Origin: an uncultured Gemmatimonadales bacterium
GTDB lineage: Bacteria; Gemmatimonadota; Gemmatimonadetes; Gemmatimonadales; Gemmatimonadaceae
Reading direction: 5' to 3'
Assembly: GCA_963793305.1 (NCBI GenBank)
Contig: CAWBZV010000002.1
Coordinates: 768,001 to 832,000, forward strand
DNA length: 64,000 nucleotides
Position numbers and translations under genes: made by a program. Below the pieces are notes generated by a model, which searched no databases, had not been told where the DNA came from, and saw only the letters and a program-made list of their open reading frames with translations. This document shows, piece by piece, positions 9,327 to 19,043 of the stretch (its first letter is position 1; each line of letters begins with the position of its first letter).

Positions 9327-12300
9327 CCGTCCACGACCTGGTCGAACGCGAGCGCGCGCGGCTCACGCGATCGACGACCGCGAGAGGCGGCGCGATCGCC
9401 ACTGCCGGCGTCGCGCTCGTCCTCGCGGCTGCCGTCGCGCTGCTCGGCGATGCGCGCTGGCTCGACCTGCCACCGCTCATTCCGTTCATCGTCTGGGTAC
9501 TGGCGATCGGCGCGGCAGCGGCCGGCATTGCGCTCACGGTCGCCTGGCTTCGCCGCAACACGACCCGCGTCGCGGTGGCCCGCACGATCGAGCACGAGCG
9601 CAAGCTCCGAGCAGGCGCTCTGCAGGGCGCGCTCGAAGTCGAGAACACCGGCGCCCTCGGTCGTCGTGGCGCCGCCGACCTCGTCGCCCGGCTCAAGGGC
9701 GCTGCCCTGGCGCCGGTGACGCAGAAGAGCGCGGGTCGGCGTGCGCTCGCCGGCGCGTTCACCGCCGTCTTCGGCGTCGCCGCCTGCGTCGCGCTCGCGC
9801 AATGGTCGCCGGACGGCTGGAGCGCGGTGCTGCATCCCATCCGCGCGTGGCGCGGCACCCTCTTGCCACGGCTCGTCATCGACGCGCCCGCGGACGTGCT
9901 GCGCGGTGAGCGCACCACGGTGCGCGTGACCGCGCCCGGGCGGCATCGGGTCGCCGTGTATTCCCGTACGCGTGGTGCGGAATGGTCCGCGCGCTGGTAC
10001 CCGGTCAATGACGACGGAGCGGCGCGCCTCGCCGTCGGACCGATGGACGCGGATGTCGCGCTCGTCGCCAACGATGGGCGGGCCGCGAGCGACACGGTCT
10101 TCGTGCGCGTGAGCGACAAGCCATTCCTGGGTGGCATTGCGCTTCGCGCCATCTATCCCGCATACCTCAAGCGCGTGGACGAGGCATTGCCGGCCGGCGA
10201 AGTCGCCCGTGTGCCGGTCGGTACTCGCATCGCGATCAACGGTCGCGCATCCACGGAGCTCTCGGCCGTTGCGCTCGTTCGCGGCGCCGATACGAGTCAT
10301 TTCGGCGTCAGCGGGCATCGGTTCGAGGGCTCGCTGCGCGCGAACCTCGGCGGGAGCGGGCGATACGACTGGCGCGCCACGGGCACGAACGGCGCGATCG
10401 CCGACCTGCCAGCGGCACTCGAGCTCGAGGTCGTGCCGGACTCGGCGCCGAAGATCGAGATCCTCTCGCCGGCGCGCGATACGATCGTCACGCCCGGCGA
10501 TCGCGTTGAGGTGTCGCTGTCGGCGACTGATGATCACGGCCTGGCGAGCATCGCGGTGCGCAGTTGGCGCGCATCGACGAACGGGACGGCGTGGAGCAAC
10601 TCGCCGGTGGTGAACGAGACGATCACGCTGCCGACGCCGGCCCAGTGGAGCGGGACGTCCGTGCTCGATCTGAGTCAGCGCGGCCTGGGGCAGGGTGATG
10701 CGCTGCACGTCGTGGCGGTCGCGACGGATGACTCGCCGTGGCATCAGACCGGGATGAGTCGCGAGCTCATTCTCCGGGTGCCGAGCGTGGCCGAGGAGCG
10801 GACGCTCGCGCGGTCGACCGCGGACTCCGCCGCGTCGGCGGCGGCATCGATCGCGCAGGCGCAGCGCTCGCTGGAGCAGCGCACGGACGATGCATCGCGC
10901 GCGCGGGGACAGCGCAACGGATCACCGCAGGCCTCGCCGCGACAGAACCAGCCCGGTGGCGGAACATCCAACGGCGCGTCCGGACAGCAGTCGATGTCGT
11001 ACGCGTCGGCCGAGCAGGCGAAAGCGTTGGCACAGGAGCAACGGCAGCTCGCGGACAAGGTCAAGTCGCTCGAGCAGCAGGCCAAGCAACTGGAGCAGCA
11101 ATTAAAGCAGGCCGGGTCGCTCGACTCGGGGCTCGCCAATGAGCTGCATCAAGCGCAACAGCTGCTCCGCGACGCGCTGACTCCCGAGCTCAAAGCGCAA
11201 CTCGACAAGCTCGATCACTCGGCGCAGTCGCTGCAGAGTGGTGACGAGCGGCAGACCTTGGGCGATCTGGCGCGAGAGCAGCAGAAGCTGCGTGAGCAGC
11301 TCGAGCGCACGGTGGACGTGCTCAAACGCGCGGCGCTCGAAGGCTCCATGCAGACGTTGCATGACGAGGCCAAGGATCTGGCGCATCGCGACAGTGCGTT
11401 GAGCCAGAAGTCGCAACAGTCGCGTGGGCAACAAAGCCCGAACGCGCAGGAGGCGAAGGAGCTAGCCGACAGGTCACGCGACCTTTCGCACGCGGTCGAT
11501 AGTCTTTCCAAGCGACTCTCGCGTGAGAAGGCCGAGACGGGTGCCAAGGGTGTGAGCGAGGCGCAGCCGCACGTCGATGCGTCGACGCAAGACATGGATC
11601 GCGCGGCTGGCATGCAGCCACAGACTGGTTCGCAGCAGCAAGCGAACGCACAGCAACAGCCCGGCCAGCAACCCGGCGCTCAGCAGCAGCCTGGTACCCA
11701 GCAGCAGCCCGGCCAGCTACAGCTCCGCGCTGGTCAGCAGGGCGCGCCGCAGCCACAGCCTGGCGACGCGCGTCAGCAGATGGCTCAGCGCTCGGGTCAG
11801 CCGCAAACTGGTCAGCAAGCCGGCCAGCAGAGTGGTCAGCAAGCGGCGCAACAGGGTGCCCAGGAGATGGGCCAAGCGGCGCAGCAGCTGGCTGACGCGC
11901 GCAACGCGCAGATCGGCGAGTGGAAATCGGCGACGACGTTGGAGCTCGATCGCTCGATCCAAGAGACGTTGCAGATGGCGCGGCAGGAGCAGGATCTGGC
12001 TCAGCAAGCACAGCAGAACAGCAGTGACGCCGCAAGTCTCAAGAGCGAGCAGAGCGCGATACAGCAGGGAGTCGACCAGGCGAATGCCCGACTGCAAAAG
12101 GCCGGTCGCCAGTCCGCGCTGATCTCCGGCAATGCCCAGCGCGCCGTGAGCGAGGCGCGGGCCAAGGTCCAACAAGCGACCAGTGAGCTCCAAGCCAACT
12201 CGTCGGCCGGATCGCAGTCCGGCGGTCAGACCGGATCGGGGCAGCAGACCGCGGGCGCGATGCGGGATGCCGCGGACGCGCTCAATCAGGCTGCCGCGTC

Positions 12301-12871
12301 GCTGGTTCGCGATCGTGAGAGAGCGAACCAGGCGACGTCCTCGTCGGGGCTGGCGGAGATGCTGCAGCAGATGCAGCAGCTCGCGCAGCAGCAGGGCCAG
12401 CTCAACGCGCAGTCGCAGGGACTCTCGCTCATGCCTGGCGCGAATGGGCAGCCGAGTGCCGAGGCGCAGGCGTTGGCCGAGCGGCAGCGGCGGGTGGCGC
12501 AGTCGCTCGACGCGGTTGGCGGCGGCGACGCCAGCGGTCGCGCCGACGCCCTCGCGAAGGAGGCGCGCGAAATCGCCGCCGCGCTCGCGCGGAGCGGGCC
12601 GGACCCGAGCACGATCAATCGCCAGCAGCGCTTGTATCACCGGCTGCTCGACGCGGGACACACGCTCGAGCAGGACGAGCGCGATTCGACGGGCAAGCGT
12701 CAGGCGCAGGCGGCCGTCGATCGCCCCGGCTTCGTCCCCGGTTCGGCGCCCGTCGAGGGCAAGAGCGCGTCCAAGTTCCGGGAGCCGACCTGGAACGAGC
12801 TTCGCGGGCTGAGCGCCGAGGAGCGACAGCTCGTCATCGACTACTTCAAGCGCATCAATGCGCAGCAGTAG
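9323..12871 (+). CDS. DUF4175-family membrane-anchored coiled-coil protein with Q-rich linkers
   Basis: N-terminal TMs, 'DSAPKIEI..P..D', 'ATDDHGL' Ig-like segment, long coiled coil, C-terminal 'LVIDYFKRIN'. Confidence 0.8.
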   Translation: MTVHDLVERERARLTRSTTARGGAIATAGVALVLAAAVALLGDARWLDLPPLIPFIVWVLAIGAAAAGIALTVAWLRRNTTRVAVARTIEHERKLRAGALQGALEVENTGALGRRGAADLVARLKGAALAPVTQKSAGRRALAGAFTAVFGVAACVALAQWSPDGWSAVLHPIRAWRGTLLPRLVIDAPADVLRGERTTVRVTAPGRHRVAVYSRTRGAEWSARWYPVNDDGAARLAVGPMDADVALVANDGRAASDTVFVRVSDKPFLGGIALRAIYPAYLKRVDEALPAGEVARVPVGTRIAINGRASTELSAVALVRGADTSHFGVSGHRFEGSLRANLGGSGRYDWRATGTNGAIADLPAALELEVVPDSAPKIEILSPARDTIVTPGDRVEVSLSATDDHGLASIAVRSWRASTNGTAWSNSPVVNETITLPTPAQWSGTSVLDLSQRGLGQGDALHVVAVATDDSPWHQTGMSRELILRVPSVAEERTLARSTADSAASAAASIAQAQRSLEQRTDDASRARGQRNGSPQASPRQNQPGGGTSNGASGQQSMSYASAEQAKALAQEQRQLADKVKSLEQQAKQLEQQLKQAGSLDSGLANELHQAQQLLRDALTPELKAQLDKLDHSAQSLQSGDERQTLGDLAREQQKLREQLERTVDVLKRAALEGSMQTLHDEAKDLAHRDSALSQKSQQSRGQQSPNAQEAKELADRSRDLSHAVDSLSKRLSREKAETGAKGVSEAQPHVDASTQDMDRAAGMQPQTGSQQQANAQQQPGQQPGAQQQPGTQQQPGQLQLRAGQQGAPQPQPGDARQQMAQRSGQPQTGQQAGQQSGQQAAQQGAQEMGQAAQQLADARNAQIGEWKSATTLELDRSIQETLQMARQEQDLAQQAQQNSSDAASLKSEQSAIQQGVDQANARLQKAGRQSALISGNAQRAVSEARAKVQQATSELQANSSAGSQSGGQTGSGQQTAGAMRDAADALNQAAASLVRDRERANQATSSSGLAEMLQQMQQLAQQQGQLNAQSQGLSLMPGANGQPSAEAQALAERQRRVAQSLDAVGGGDASGRADALAKEAREIAAALARSGPDPSTINRQQRLYHRLLDAGHTLEQDERDSTGKRQAQAAVDRPGFVPGSAPVEGKSASKFREPTWNELRGLSAEERQLVIDYFKRINAQQ

Positions 12872-14561
12872 AACGCTCGCTCTGTTGTGCGCCTTCCTGA
12901 CGGCAGCCCGGGCGGCCGCGCAGGACCCGTCGCCCCTGTCCGCCGGGTACGATGCCGAGCAGCGGGGAGATTGGGCCGAGGCGGCCGCGAATTATCGCAA
13001 GGCACTCCACGCGGGCGGCAACATGGCCGCGTCCGTACTCGGCTTGGAACGGGTGTTCGCCGAGATCAACCACACGGACTCGCTGCTGCCAGTCCTCGAC
13101 ACGGTGATCGCGGAGCGCCCAAAAGATGCAGTGTTCCGCTCTGTCCAACTCCGGGCGCTCCGGATGCTCGGACGCCAGGACGAGGAGCGCGCGGCCTTCG
13201 AGCGCTGGGTCCGCGATGCCCCTCGCGATCCCACACCGTATCGCGACTACGCCCGCGCGCTGCTGGAGGAAGGCCGCCCGCAAACCGCCGACTCGGTCCT
13301 CGACCGCGCCCAGCGCGCTCTCGGCAGCGGCCGCGAGTTTCTCGTCGAGACCGCGCAACTCCGCGCGACGATGGGCTTGTGGGATGCTTCGGCGCGCGCC
13401 TGGCGCACGGTCGTCGACAGCGCCCCCGATCTCGCCTCGAGCTCGGCCTACGCGCTGCGGCCTACGCCGCGCCCGTCGCGCGACAAGGTTCGCGCGGTGT
13501 TCCTTGCGCCCCCGGTCACGCTCGGCGCTCGTCGCGCGCTGGCATCGGTCGAGTTGGCCTGGGGCGACGCGAACGACGCCTGGATGGCCCTGTCGTCCGT
13601 GCGCCCGGACTCGGCCACCGTCGCCGCCTGGGACGAGTTCGGCGATGCCGCGTCGGCGCAGGGCGAGTGGCGGACGGCGCACGATGCATTCGCGGCGATC
13701 CTGGCGGTCTCGCACGCGCCGCCGCCGGCGCTCGCGCGCCTGGCGATCCGAGCCGGCGACGCCGCATTGCGCGCGGGCGACGCCTTGTCGGCGCTGGCGA
13801 TGACCAATCGCGCGTTGGCGACGGGGATCGATTCGGGGACCGCCGCGCGCATCGTGCTCCCGCTCAAGATTCGCGCTCTATCAGCCCTGGGCCGGGCGAG
13901 CGATGCCGATTTCACCCTGAGCGCCTACGCGAAGTTCGCCGATGACTCGTCGCGCGCGCGGCTCACACGCGATGTCGCGTGGGGCTACGTGCGATCCGGC
14001 GACATTGCCCGCGCGAAGACGGCCGTGGCCGCGGCTGGCCTCGGCGATGACCGCGAGCTTGCGGGATGGCTCGCGCTCTACGCCGGCGACCTCGGCGCCG
14101 CGCGCACGGCGCTCCGGCAAGCGGATGCGCCGACGGCCGACCTCGTCACGGCGCTCGCGCTCTTGGCGCGAACGAGAGCTGACACCGCGGTGCTCGTCGG
14201 CCACGCGTTCGTGGACCTGGCGCGCGGCGACACGACGGCCGCGGCGACGCAGTTCGTGGCCGCGAGTGACGTCGTGCGTGACGCGGCACCCCTCCTGCTC
14301 GCGACGGCGGCGCGACTGCACACGGCGCGGCGCGAAGACGCCGAAGCGATTCCGCTCTGGAAGAAGGTGGTCGAGCAGTACGCCGACGCACCCGAGGCGC
14401 CCGAGGCCGATTTGGAGTGGGGCCGCGCGCTCGCGCGCGGTCATGACGTGCAAGGTGCGTTGTCACGATGGGAGCACCTGATCTTGACATACCCGTCGAG
14501 CGCGCTGGTGCCGCAGGCCCGGCGCGAGGTCGAGGCCGCGCGCGGGAGCGCAACCTCGTAG
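12858..14561 (+). CDS. Secreted TPR-repeat protein
   Basis: Signal peptide; helical repeats; C-terminal 'VVEQYADAPEAPEA' and 'LILTYPSSALVPQAR' BamD-like TPR motifs. Confidence 0.8.
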   Translation: MRSSRTLALLCAFLTAARAAAQDPSPLSAGYDAEQRGDWAEAAANYRKALHAGGNMAASVLGLERVFAEINHTDSLLPVLDTVIAERPKDAVFRSVQLRALRMLGRQDEERAAFERWVRDAPRDPTPYRDYARALLEEGRPQTADSVLDRAQRALGSGREFLVETAQLRATMGLWDASARAWRTVVDSAPDLASSSAYALRPTPRPSRDKVRAVFLAPPVTLGARRALASVELAWGDANDAWMALSSVRPDSATVAAWDEFGDAASAQGEWRTAHDAFAAILAVSHAPPPALARLAIRAGDAALRAGDALSALAMTNRALATGIDSGTAARIVLPLKIRALSALGRASDADFTLSAYAKFADDSSRARLTRDVAWGYVRSGDIARAKTAVAAAGLGDDRELAGWLALYAGDLGAARTALRQADAPTADLVTALALLARTRADTAVLVGHAFVDLARGDTTAAATQFVAASDVVRDAAPLLLATAARLHTARREDAEAIPLWKKVVEQYADAPEAPEADLEWGRALARGHDVQGALSRWEHLILTYPSSALVPQARREVEAARGSATS

Positions 14562-14641
14562 ATCTGAGCGTAGCGAAGATCAGTCCAACCGACAAGTTCT
14601 AGCAGGGTGCGTAGTTTGCACCCGTGCTAGATTTCGTTCGT

Positions 14642-15928
14642 ATGGTATCGCGACGGAAACTGCTCGCAGGGATGGCGGCCGCGGCGCTGGCTCGCGCGAC
14701 GCGCGTCGACCTGTGGCACGCCGCGGTGCCGATGCTGCTGGTCCCGATGGACGATGACCAGCAAAATCACCTCAAGGCGTACGGGCTCACGTACAACACG
14801 CTCAAGGCCGGCATCAAAGGCGAGTGGCTCTTGAACTACAAGGGCGGCTCGTTCTTGCTGGCCGACCTGCCCGAGGTGAGACGACGGGCGGCTCTGGCGG
14901 GAGTGACGGTGACGCCGATCGCCGATGCGGATCTCGAGGCGGCGCGAAGCGAGATCGCCTCGAGCAACATGGACAGCATCGTGCTCGAGAAGGCGCCGAC
15001 GATCGCGGTGTACAGCCCGCCCAAGTCACCGCCGTGGGACGACGCGGTGACCTTGGCGCTCAACTACGCCGAAATCCCGTTCACGAACGTGTGGGATGAG
15101 CAAGTGATCGCCGGCGATCTGCCGAAATACGACTGGGTGCACCTCTTCCACGAAGATTTCACCGGTCAGTTCAACAAGCTCTATATCAACTCGCGCGGCG
15201 CGCCGTGGTTTCAGGAACAGGTCATGCGCGACCAGGGCGCGGCAAAACAATTAGGCTTCGCGAACGTGCCGGCGCTCAAGAAGGGGGTCGCCGAGCAGGT
15301 GCGGGCGTTCGTGCAGCACGGGGGGTTCCTGTTCGCGATGTGCGGCGCCACGGAGACGCTGGATCTCGCGTTGGCCTCGCACGACGTCGACATCGCCGGT
15401 CCGTTCTCCGATGGAACGCCCATGGATCCGAACGCCGATGCCAAGATGGATTGGTCGCGCGCGCTCGCGTTCCAGAACGCCCATCTCGAAACATCGCCGC
15501 TCGTGAACGCCATGAGCGATATCGACGGCCATCAGGCGAACGTCCCGGCGCGGAAGCAGCCGCTCGGCGCGTTCACGCTGTTTTCGTTCGCCGCCAAGTT
15601 CGATCCCGTGGCGTCGATGCTCGTGCAAAATCATCGCACGGTGATCCCCGATTTCTACGGCGTGACCTCGAGCTTTACGAAGGCGACGCTCAAGTCGGCC
15701 GACATCATCCTGGCGAACGAAGAAGGCGCGCCGTGGGTCAAGTACATCCACGGCGATTCCGGCAAGGGATCGTGGACGTTCCTCGGCGGTCATGATCCCG
15801 AGGATCCGCAACACGCGATCGGGAACCCGGCGACCGATTTGTCGCTGCACCCGAACTCGCCCGGGTATCGGTTGATCCTCAACAACGTGCTGTTTCCGGC
15901 CGCGAAGAAAAAACCCCTCAAGACGTGA
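14642..15928 (+). CDS. Conserved exported protein (family commonly labelled 'asparagine synthetase B'; GATase-like fold suspected)
   Basis: SRRKLL Tat-like leader; QQNHLKAYG, WLLNYKGGSF, PWDDAVTLAL, HEDFTGQ, GGFLFAMC, GGHDPED, GYRLILNNVLFPAAKKK. Confidence 0.75.
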   Translation: MVSRRKLLAGMAAAALARATRVDLWHAAVPMLLVPMDDDQQNHLKAYGLTYNTLKAGIKGEWLLNYKGGSFLLADLPEVRRRAALAGVTVTPIADADLEAARSEIASSNMDSIVLEKAPTIAVYSPPKSPPWDDAVTLALNYAEIPFTNVWDEQVIAGDLPKYDWVHLFHEDFTGQFNKLYINSRGAPWFQEQVMRDQGAAKQLGFANVPALKKGVAEQVRAFVQHGGFLFAMCGATETLDLALASHDVDIAGPFSDGTPMDPNADAKMDWSRALAFQNAHLETSPLVNAMSDIDGHQANVPARKQPLGAFTLFSFAAKFDPVASMLVQNHRTVIPDFYGVTSSFTKATLKSADIILANEEGAPWVKYIHGDSGKGSWTFLGGHDPEDPQHAIGNPATDLSLHPNSPGYRLILNNVLFPAAKKKPLKT

Positions 15929-18432
15929 CCGGTGAACGGGCACGCTTGACGCCCCCGGCCGCCGCCGCGATTCGGGCCGCGATCACGTTGGCGGGCGGTC
16001 GAGAGGTGTGCTTCGTCTGCGGGCTGGACGACGAGCAGCGCGTGGCGACCGCTCGAGTGGTGGCCCGTGGTGACGTCGCCAGCGTCCTCGCGCTGCCGGG
16101 GTTTGCGTCGCGCGGCGAAATGCTGGTGCACAATCACCCGTCGGGACTGCTCGAGCCATCGGACGCAGACCTCAACGTCGCGGCCCGGATATACGAGAAC
16201 GGGGTGGGGTTCGCGATCGTCGACAATGCCGCGACGCAACTGTACATCGTCGTCGAGGTGCCCCAGGCCGCCGTGCGGACGCCACTGGATCCCGCGGCGG
16301 TTGGCGATGCACTTGGCCCGGCGGGCCCCATTGCTGCCTCCCTCTCTCGCTATGAGCACCGGGAGAGTCAGCAGGAGATGGTCGTCGAGATCGCGCGGCT
16401 GTACAACGACGGCGGCGTCGGCTTGCTGGAGGCTGGCACGGGCGTCGGGAAATCCCTCGCCTATCTCATTCCGGCGCTGCGCTGGGCCGCCGCGAATGGC
16501 GAGCGCACGGTGGTGTCGACGAACACCATTAACCTCCAAGAGCAATTGGTCGGGAAGGATCTCCCGTTCCTCGCTCGGGCGCTCACGGACCAACCGGTGC
16601 GATTCGCGCTGCTCAAGGGCTGGCGCAATTATTTGTGCCTGGCGCGGCTCGAGGTTGCGCGTGCGACGGGCGGTGGCCTGTTCGACAAAGGCGTCGAAGA
16701 GGAGTTGCGCGCGTTGGCCGCCTGGGCGGAGCGCACGGCGGATGGGTCGCTGGCGGATCTGCCCACGCCGCCGAGGTCGGAGCTGTGGGACGAAGTCGCG
16801 GCCGAGCCGGACCTGTGTTCGCGGATGCAATGTCCGCATTTCAGCGACTGCTTCCTGTTCCGCGCGAGACGGGAGGCAGCCCAAGCGGACATCGTCGTCG
16901 TCAATCACCACTTGTTGATGTCCGACGTGGCGGTGCGGCGCGTCCAACAGAATTGGCAAGATGCCGCTGTGCTGCCAGCCTACACGCGACTGGTGGTCGA
17001 CGAGGGGCATCACTTGGAGGACGCAGCCGCCGCGCACCTTGGCTCGTCGGTGACGCGCCGGGGGTTGCAGCGATTGTTCGGGCGACTCGACCGGAAAGGC
17101 CGCGGGTTGCTCGGCGCGCTCGTCTCGCGGCTCGGCCGCAAGAGCGACCTCCTGAGTACGGCCTCTCTCGACCTCGTGCAGGGTCGTCTCATGCCGTCGG
17201 CCGCCGCGGCGAAACGCAACGCCGAGCTCGTATTCGATATTCTGGAGAAGTTCATCGCGGAGCAGGGTGGGGGGCAGATTCGCCTCACGTCGTCGTTCGC
17301 CGTGACGACCGAGCTCGCGACGGCACTGGGGGACTTGTTGCGCGAGATCGAGCTCTTGAATGAGAGTCTGCGTTTGATTCGCGAACGGCACGAGCGCGAG
17401 GCCGCGCGGGATGAGATCGTCGCCCCCCTGTTCAATGAGATTCGCGGTGTCGGACGGCGGTTGGGGACCGCGGCTGACGCGTTGCGGATGGGACTCGCGC
17501 CGCCGCCCGATGCTCCGCCGAGTGTTCGGTGGGTGGAGCTGCGGGGCGCTCCGGCGCGTGCGGGCGAACGCCCGGAACGCAATGTCGCGGTATCGACCGT
17601 GCCGCTCGACCTGGCGCCGATCCTGCGCGATGATCTATTCGCGCGTCTGACGACGACCGTCGTCACGAGCGCGACGCTGGCCAGCGCCAACGAGGGTTTT
17701 GGTTTTCTTGCGCGCCGCCTGGGCGTGGACGAGATGCCGACCGCGCCGGCGACGGCCGTGTTCCCATCGCCGTTCGACTATCCGCACCAGGCGATTCTGG
17801 CGGTTCCCACCGATATCCCGCCGCCGAATGTCGACGCCGTCGAGCATTTCGCGGCGGTGTGCCGGCTGGTCGACGATCTCGCCGACGCGGCCGACGGCGG
17901 GATGTTCGTGCTGTGCACGAGTCACCGCGATGTGCGCGAGATCGCGGCGCAGATGCGGGGAAAGCGTTGGCCGTTGCTGGTGCATGGGGAGGAGCCGCGC
18001 GACGTGCTGTTGAACAGGTTTAGAGAGTGCGGCCGCGCGGTGTTGCTCGGCACGGCCTCGTTCTGGGAGGGCGTCGATGTGCCGGGCGATGCATTGCGGG
18101 CGCTCCTGATCGCGAAGCTGCCGTTCCGCGTGCCGAGCGAGCCGGTGACGGCGGCGCATTGCGAGGCGATCACGGCCCGGAAGGGGGACCCGTTCGCCGA
18201 GTACATGCTGCCGCATGCGTCGTTGCGGCTCAAGCAAGGGTTTGGGCGACTGATTCGGTCGACGACCGATCGTGGCGTGGTCGTTGTTGCCGATCCGCGT
18301 CTGGTGACCAAGTCGTATGGCCGCATCTTGCTGGCCGCGCTCCCGCCGGCCAAACGTCTCGTCGCGCCCTGGGCGAAAATTCGGCCGACGGTGCGGCAGT
18401 TCTACGCGGAACGCGCTAATTTTGCGCGATGA
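15925..18432 (+). CDS. DinG/YoaA-family Fe-S ATP-dependent helicase with N-terminal JAB/MPN domain
   Basis: JAMM motif REVCF...HNHPSGLLEPSDAD; Walker A GTGVGKS; Fe-S Cys (NYLC, C-x4-C-x5-C); DEGH; SFWEGVDVPG; QGFGRLIRS. Confidence 0.92.
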   Translation: MTGERARLTPPAAAAIRAAITLAGGREVCFVCGLDDEQRVATARVVARGDVASVLALPGFASRGEMLVHNHPSGLLEPSDADLNVAARIYENGVGFAIVDNAATQLYIVVEVPQAAVRTPLDPAAVGDALGPAGPIAASLSRYEHRESQQEMVVEIARLYNDGGVGLLEAGTGVGKSLAYLIPALRWAAANGERTVVSTNTINLQEQLVGKDLPFLARALTDQPVRFALLKGWRNYLCLARLEVARATGGGLFDKGVEEELRALAAWAERTADGSLADLPTPPRSELWDEVAAEPDLCSRMQCPHFSDCFLFRARREAAQADIVVVNHHLLMSDVAVRRVQQNWQDAAVLPAYTRLVVDEGHHLEDAAAAHLGSSVTRRGLQRLFGRLDRKGRGLLGALVSRLGRKSDLLSTASLDLVQGRLMPSAAAAKRNAELVFDILEKFIAEQGGGQIRLTSSFAVTTELATALGDLLREIELLNESLRLIRERHEREAARDEIVAPLFNEIRGVGRRLGTAADALRMGLAPPPDAPPSVRWVELRGAPARAGERPERNVAVSTVPLDLAPILRDDLFARLTTTVVTSATLASANEGFGFLARRLGVDEMPTAPATAVFPSPFDYPHQAILAVPTDIPPPNVDAVEHFAAVCRLVDDLADAADGGMFVLCTSHRDVREIAAQMRGKRWPLLVHGEEPRDVLLNRFRECGRAVLLGTASFWEGVDVPGDALRALLIAKLPFRVPSEPVTAAHCEAITARKGDPFAEYMLPHASLRLKQGFGRLIRSTTDRGVVVVADPRLVTKSYGRILLAALPPAKRLVAPWAKIRPTVRQFYAERANFAR

Positions 18433-19043
18433 CATCGTTTGCTGTTCCGACGAAGATCGTCTGCGTCGGTCGCAATTATCGCGCGCATGCCGCGGAGCTG
18501 GGCAACGAGGTCCCGACGGAGCCGCTCATTTTCCTGAAGCCGCCGTCATCGATCATTGCCGATGGCGATCGGATTGTCCTTCCGCCGCAGTCGCAGCAGG
18601 TCGAGTTCGAGGGCGAGATCGGCGTCGTGATGGGGGCCCGGGTGCATCACGTATCCGAATCCGATGCGGCCAATGCCATTCTCGGCATCTGCGCGGTGAA
18701 CGATGTCACGGCGCGCGACCTGCAGAAATCGGACAAGCAGTGGACGCGGGCCAAGGGGTTCGACACGTTCTGCCCCATTGGCCACACGCACGAGTATCGT
18801 GGCGACCTAGCAGCATTAACTGTTGTAACCCGAGTAAATGGTCTCGAGCGGCAGCGTGGGACCTCGGACCTCATGGTATTTGCGATTCCGCGGCTGATCG
18901 CCTTCATTTCCAGTGTGATGACCTTGGAACCCGGCGACATTATCGCGACGGGAACACCTGAAGGCGTGGGCCGTTTGTCGTCTGGCAACGTCGTCGAAGT
19001 CGAGGTGGTCGGCATGAGCCATGTGCGGAGCACGGTCGCCTGA
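18429..19043 (+). CDS. Fumarylacetoacetate hydrolase family protein
   Basis: KIVCVGRNYRAHAAELGN, EFEGEI, NDVTARDLQ, KGFDTFCP, PGDIIATGTPEG. Confidence 0.93.
   Translation: MTSFAVPTKIVCVGRNYRAHAAELGNEVPTEPLIFLKPPSSIIADGDRIVLPPQSQQVEFEGEIGVVMGARVHHVSESDAANAILGICAVNDVTARDLQKSDKQWTRAKGFDTFCPIGHTHEYRGDLAALTVVTRVNGLERQRGTSDLMVFAIPRLIAFISSVMTLEPGDIIATGTPEGVGRLSSGNVVEVEVVGMSHVRSTVA

Noticed and set aside
15790..17391. 533-aa minus-strand ORF
   Set aside because: Antisense shadow of the DinG helicase.
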